Origin: an uncultured Blautia sp.
Lineage (GTDB): Bacteria > Bacillota > Clostridia > Lachnospirales > Lachnospiraceae
Assembly (NCBI GenBank): GCA_946622645.1
Contig: CAMOQF010000002.1
Span: 190 to 64,189, forward strand
DNA: 64,000 nt
Direction of reading: 5' to 3'
Shown: piece by piece, positions 60,352 through 64,000 of the stretch
Position numbering within the stretch: position 1 is the first letter of the stretch
Layout of the letters: each line of letters begins with the position of its first letter
The notes under the pieces: generated by a model
Told to the model about the DNA's origin: nothing
The model's input: only the letters and a program-made list of their open reading frames with translations
The model's database searches: none
Made by a program: the position numbers and the translations under genes

Positions 60352-60990
60352 ATGAATAAGATCAATGTCGCTGTCGTCTCCGGACGGGAGCTGAAACCTG
60401 ATGACCTGCTGCTCCGGATGATCCGGGAGGACGGCTCGCTCTACTATGTGGGCACCGTTTCCAATGAGGATGAAGTGAAAAACCTGATGGAGCTCGATCC
60501 GCCCGACATGCTTCTGTTTTCTTCCATCGTACCGAAACTCTGGCGGCGCGACGGACGGCTGTTTTCCAGCGCGCAGAATCTGACCGGGACCCGCTACAGC
60601 ATCCCGGGGAGCGCGCTTCCGCTCCGCGAAGAAAACCTGGAGCTGATCGTCAGCAACATCCTGCACGAGCTGGGGGTGCCCACCCACATCAGCGGTTTCG
60701 GTTTTATCCGCGACGCCGTGATCCTGGCCGTCTATGACCAGGGGCAGCTGGGAAAGATCACGAAGGTCATGTATCCCACCATCGCAAAGAAGAACATGAC
60801 GACGCCCAGCAAGGTGGAACGGGCCATCCGCCATGCCATCGATCTGGCGTGGGAGAGAGGGAGCCTCAAGTATATCGACGAACTCTTCGGAAGCGATCTG
60901 CGGGACAAACGCATCAAACCTACCAATTCGGAATTCATCGCTTTGATCGCGGATAAGATCCGGATGGACTGGAAAAACAGGAAATATTAA
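60352..60990 (+). CDS. spo0A: Spo0A homolog with intact DNA-binding domain and degenerate, truncated receiver
   Basis: C-terminal LHELGVPTHISG, ITKVMYPTIAK, TTPSKVERAIRHAI and KPTNSEFIALIADK are Spo0A_C signatures; located at the canonical position after recN; 212 aa. Confidence 0.9.
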   Translation: MNKINVAVVSGRELKPDDLLLRMIREDGSLYYVGTVSNEDEVKNLMELDPPDMLLFSSIVPKLWRRDGRLFSSAQNLTGTRYSIPGSALPLREENLELIVSNILHELGVPTHISGFGFIRDAVILAVYDQGQLGKITKVMYPTIAKKNMTTPSKVERAIRHAIDLAWERGSLKYIDELFGSDLRDKRIKPTNSEFIALIADKIRMDWKNRKY

Positions 60991-60999
60991 CAAAATCTG

Positions 61000-61028
61000 T
61001 TGCCCCTTTAGGGATATTGAGGTATAAT
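61000..61028 (+). promoter_or_regulatory. Sigma-A promoter of glgA-recA-recX
   Basis: TTGCCC, 17 bp, TATAAT. Confidence 0.55.
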
Positions 61029-61092
61029 ATGCATATATAGTGCCATGAAAATGCATGTTTTACCCCCAAAACCTTTGAGGAGGAACAATGGT

Positions 61093-62538
61093 ATGAAAAA
61101 CATTCTCTTTGCTGCTTCAGAAGCAGTACCTTTTATCAAGACCGGCGGGCTGGCTGACGTGGCGGGCGCGCTGCCCAAATGCTTTGACAAACAGTATTTT
61201 GACGTACGTGTCATTCTTCCCAAATACGCCTGCATGAAGCAGGAGTGGAAAGACCGTATGGAATATGTGACGCACTTCTATATGGACATCGGTTTCAAAA
61301 ACTGCTATGTCGGCATCATGCACATCGAGTATGAGGGCATCCACTTCTATTTCATCGACAACGAGTATTACTTCAGCGGACCGACCCCGTACGATTCAGC
61401 TCCGTGGGATCTGGAAAGATTCGCATACTTCTCCAAAGCCGTGCTCTCGGTCCTTCCGGTCATCGGCTTCCGTCCGGACATCATTCACTGCCACGACTGG
61501 CAGACCGGCCTGGTGCCTGTCTATCTGCATGACAGCTTCCAGCAGAATGAGTTCTTCCGCGGCATCAAGTCCATTATGACCATCCACAACCTGAAATTCC
61601 AGGGCGTGTGGGACGTCAAGACCGTCCGTGAACTCACCGGCCTTTCGGACTATTATTTCACCCCGGATAAACTGGAAGCCTACAAGGACGCCAACTTCCT
61701 CAAAGGAGGCATCGTCTTTGCAGACGCAGTTACGACCGTCAGCAACACCTATGCGGAAGAGATCAAGACGCCGTTCTACGGGGAGCGCCTGGACGGCCTG
61801 TTAAACGCCAGGAGCCAGAGCCTTCGCGGCATCGTAAACGGTATCGACTACGATATCTTCAATCCCGAGACAGACCAGTACATCACCAATCCGTACAACG
61901 CGGTCACCTTCCGCAAGGAGAAATACAAAAACAAAGTCCAGCTGCAGAAGGATCTCGGACTCGACGAGGATCCCAAGGTCATGATGATCGGCATCATCTC
62001 CAGACTGACCGACCAGAAGGGCTTTGACCTGATCGCCTACATGATGGATGAGCTCTGCCAGGATGCGGTTCAGATCGTGGCTCTCGGCACAGGCGAAGAA
62101 CGGTATGAGAACATGTTCCGCCACTTCGACTGGAAATACCATGGCAAGGTTTCGGCTCACATCTATTATGATGATGCCCTGGCCCACAGGATCTATGCTG
62201 CGTCGGATGCTTTCCTGATGCCCTCGCTCTTTGAGCCCTGCGGCCTGAGCCAGCTCATGAGCCTTCGCTACGGCACACTGCCCATCGTCCGCGAGACCGG
62301 CGGCCTGAAGGACACCGTGGAGCCCTACAACGAATACGAAGGCACCGGCACCGGCTTCAGCTTCCGCAATTACAATGCTCACGAGATGCTCTACACCATC
62401 CGTAATGCGGAACGTATCTTCTACGACAAGAAACGGGAGTGGAACAAGATGGTGGACCGCGCCATGGCCGCGGACTTCTCGTGGAACAATTCTGCCCGCC
62501 AGTATGAAGAGATGTACAACTGGCTGATCGGAGAATAA
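61093..62538 (+). CDS. glgA: Glycogen synthase
   Basis: [40 protein letters not shown]. Confidence 0.97.
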   Translation: MKNILFAASEAVPFIKTGGLADVAGALPKCFDKQYFDVRVILPKYACMKQEWKDRMEYVTHFYMDIGFKNCYVGIMHIEYEGIHFYFIDNEYYFSGPTPYDSAPWDLERFAYFSKAVLSVLPVIGFRPDIIHCHDWQTGLVPVYLHDSFQQNEFFRGIKSIMTIHNLKFQGVWDVKTVRELTGLSDYYFTPDKLEAYKDANFLKGGIVFADAVTTVSNTYAEEIKTPFYGERLDGLLNARSQSLRGIVNGIDYDIFNPETDQYITNPYNAVTFRKEKYKNKVQLQKDLGLDEDPKVMMIGIISRLTDQKGFDLIAYMMDELCQDAVQIVALGTGEERYENMFRHFDWKYHGKVSAHIYYDDALAHRIYAASDAFLMPSLFEPCGLSQLMSLRYGTLPIVRETGGLKDTVEPYNEYEGTGTGFSFRNYNAHEMLYTIRNAERIFYDKKREWNKMVDRAMAADFSWNNSARQYEEMYNWLIGE

Positions 62539-62554
62539 AAAACAGGAGAAAAAA

Positions 62555-63583
62555 ATGGTAAACGAAGACAAGAAAAAAGCACTGGACGCTGCCCTCACCC
62601 AGATCGAAAAAACCTTTGGAAAAGGCTCTGTCATGAAGCTGGGTGATCAGACCGCTCTGCAGGTGGAGGCGGTACCCACCGGCTCTTTAAGCCTGGATAT
62701 CGCCCTCGGTGTAGGCGGCGTTCCAAGGGGGCGCATCATCGAGATCTACGGTCCGGAATCCGGCGGAAAGACCACGGTGGCGCTCCATATGGTCGCTGAA
62801 GTCCAGAAGCGCGGCGGCATCGCCGGCTTTATCGATGCGGAGCACGCGCTCGACCCCACTTATGCCAGGAACATCGGCGTGGACATCGACAACCTGTATA
62901 TTTCACAGCCGGACAACGGCGAACAGGCCCTTGAGATCACCGAGACCATGGTGCGCTCGGGCGCTGTGGACATCGTCATTGTGGACTCCGTTGCCGCCCT
63001 GGTTCCCAAGGCGGAGATCGACGGAGACATGGGAGATTCCCATGTAGGCCTGCAGGCCAGGCTCATGTCCCAGGCCCTCCGCAAGCTGACCGGCGTCATC
63101 AGCAAATCCAACTGTGTTGTCGTTTTCATCAACCAGCTGAGAGAAAAAGTCGGCGTAATGTTCGGCAATCCCGAGACCACCACCGGCGGCCGCGCCCTCA
63201 AGTTCTATTCCTCCATCCGTCTGGAAGTCAGACGCGGGGAAGCCATCAAGCAGGGCGGCGAGGTGATCGGAAGCCACACCAAGGTCAAGGTGGTCAAAAA
63301 CAAAGTGGCTCCGCCCTTCAAGACGGCCGAGTTCGACATCATGTTCGGCACCGGCATCTCTATGGAAGGCGACGTGCTGGATCTGGCTGCCGAATGCGAC
63401 ATCATCAACAAGAGCGGCGCCTGGTACGCCTACAACGGTGAAAAGATCGGCCAGGGCCGTGAGAACGCCAAGCAGTATCTGAAAGACAATCCGGATGTCC
63501 TGGAGGAAGTCGACCGCCTGGTCAGAGAACGTTACAATATCATCTCCGCGGACGGACCTGAGATACCGGAGGAGGAAGACTGA
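62555..63583 (+). CDS. recA: Recombinase RecA
   Basis: [41 protein letters not shown]. Confidence 0.99.
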   Translation: MVNEDKKKALDAALTQIEKTFGKGSVMKLGDQTALQVEAVPTGSLSLDIALGVGGVPRGRIIEIYGPESGGKTTVALHMVAEVQKRGGIAGFIDAEHALDPTYARNIGVDIDNLYISQPDNGEQALEITETMVRSGAVDIVIVDSVAALVPKAEIDGDMGDSHVGLQARLMSQALRKLTGVISKSNCVVVFINQLREKVGVMFGNPETTTGGRALKFYSSIRLEVRRGEAIKQGGEVIGSHTKVKVVKNKVAPPFKTAEFDIMFGTGISMEGDVLDLAAECDIINKSGAWYAYNGEKIGQGRENAKQYLKDNPDVLEEVDRLVRERYNIISADGPEIPEEED

Positions 63584-64000
63584 TGCTGCAGCCTTCAGAC
63601 AAAAATGAAGCCCGGAAGAAAGCGCTTTCGCTTTTGGAGATCCGGGACCGCACGGAGAAGGAGCTGAGAGATCGGCTCCTTCGCTGTGGTTTTGACGAAG
63701 AGACCGTTCTGGACGCTGTCGAATATGTCCGGTCTTTTCATTATATCGACGACCGCCGGTTCGCGGAAAACTATATCCTGAACCATAAGGATTCCCAGAG
63801 CCGTCAGAAGATCCTGAATAGTCTGTTCACAAAAGGCGTGGATCCCGCGCTGTCGCGGGAAGTGTGGGAGGATTCTGTCGGACCGGAGCATTCCGAACTG
63901 TCACAGGTCGAAAAAGAGCTCCGGAAAAAATGGCCGGAAGGAACCGTCCTTCCGCCTGACAAGCTTCGAAATCTGTATGCGGCTCTCGCCCGGAAAGGCT
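63583..64000 (+). CDS. recX: Regulatory protein RecX (3'-truncated by the window end)
   Basis: ATG overlaps the recA stop; manual translation gives [32 protein letters not shown]...YIDDRRFAENY. Confidence 0.88.
   Translation, partial: MLQPSDKNEARKKALSLLEIRDRTEKELRDRLLRCGFDEETVLDAVEYVRSFHYIDDRRFAENYILNHKDSQSRQKILNSLFTKGVDPALSREVWEDSVGPEHSELSQVEKELRKKWPEGTVLPPDKLRNLYAALARKG

Overview
A high-GC Clostridia-type chromosomal segment, probably Lachnospiraceae (inferred from gene content and order). Almost all genes are on the + strand. I see no rRNA, tRNA, CRISPR array or mobile element. Order: partial PH-like ORF; uvrB; CIRCE-controlled hrcA-grpE-dnaK-dnaJ-(PAP2)-prmA-rsmE-iscS-thiI; an HPr-like gene (- strand); mtaB-ireB-ruvX-DUF1292-rnj-ylbF-short mltG-trmR-U32; a three-gene module of unknown function (DUF5717-like, DUF5716-like, TPR protein); purC-purB-purA; aroE-aroD; an orphan sigE-like sigma factor; paaK-ACT; trkA-trkH; three secreted proteins (M4 peptidase, unknown, GH13 amylase); ftsW-like, acpP, gltX, UvrD-like helicase, PPTase, prfC; asp23-nusB-xseAB-ispA-dxs-tlyA-nadK-argR-recN; a degenerate spo0A; glgA-recA-recX (partial). 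Two candidates for an undescribed system stand out. (1) A possibly repurposed remnant of the sporulation cascade. Spo0A has a truncated receiver with no phosphoacceptor Asp, and the sigma-E-like factor has no pro-sequence. spoIVB, spoIIIA and spoIIGA are absent from their usual positions. Both genes are preceded by 10-bp-phased TCACGAA motifs (one mismatch from the 0A box), including a 22-bp element identical at 21/22 positions at the two loci, 27 kb apart. (2) A compact three-gene module whose middle gene aligns motif by motif with the DnaK in this window but has lost the ATP-binding loops and the lid. It is flanked by a 1176-aa putative scaffold protein and a TPR protein. All family assignments come from motif recognition; no database searches were run.
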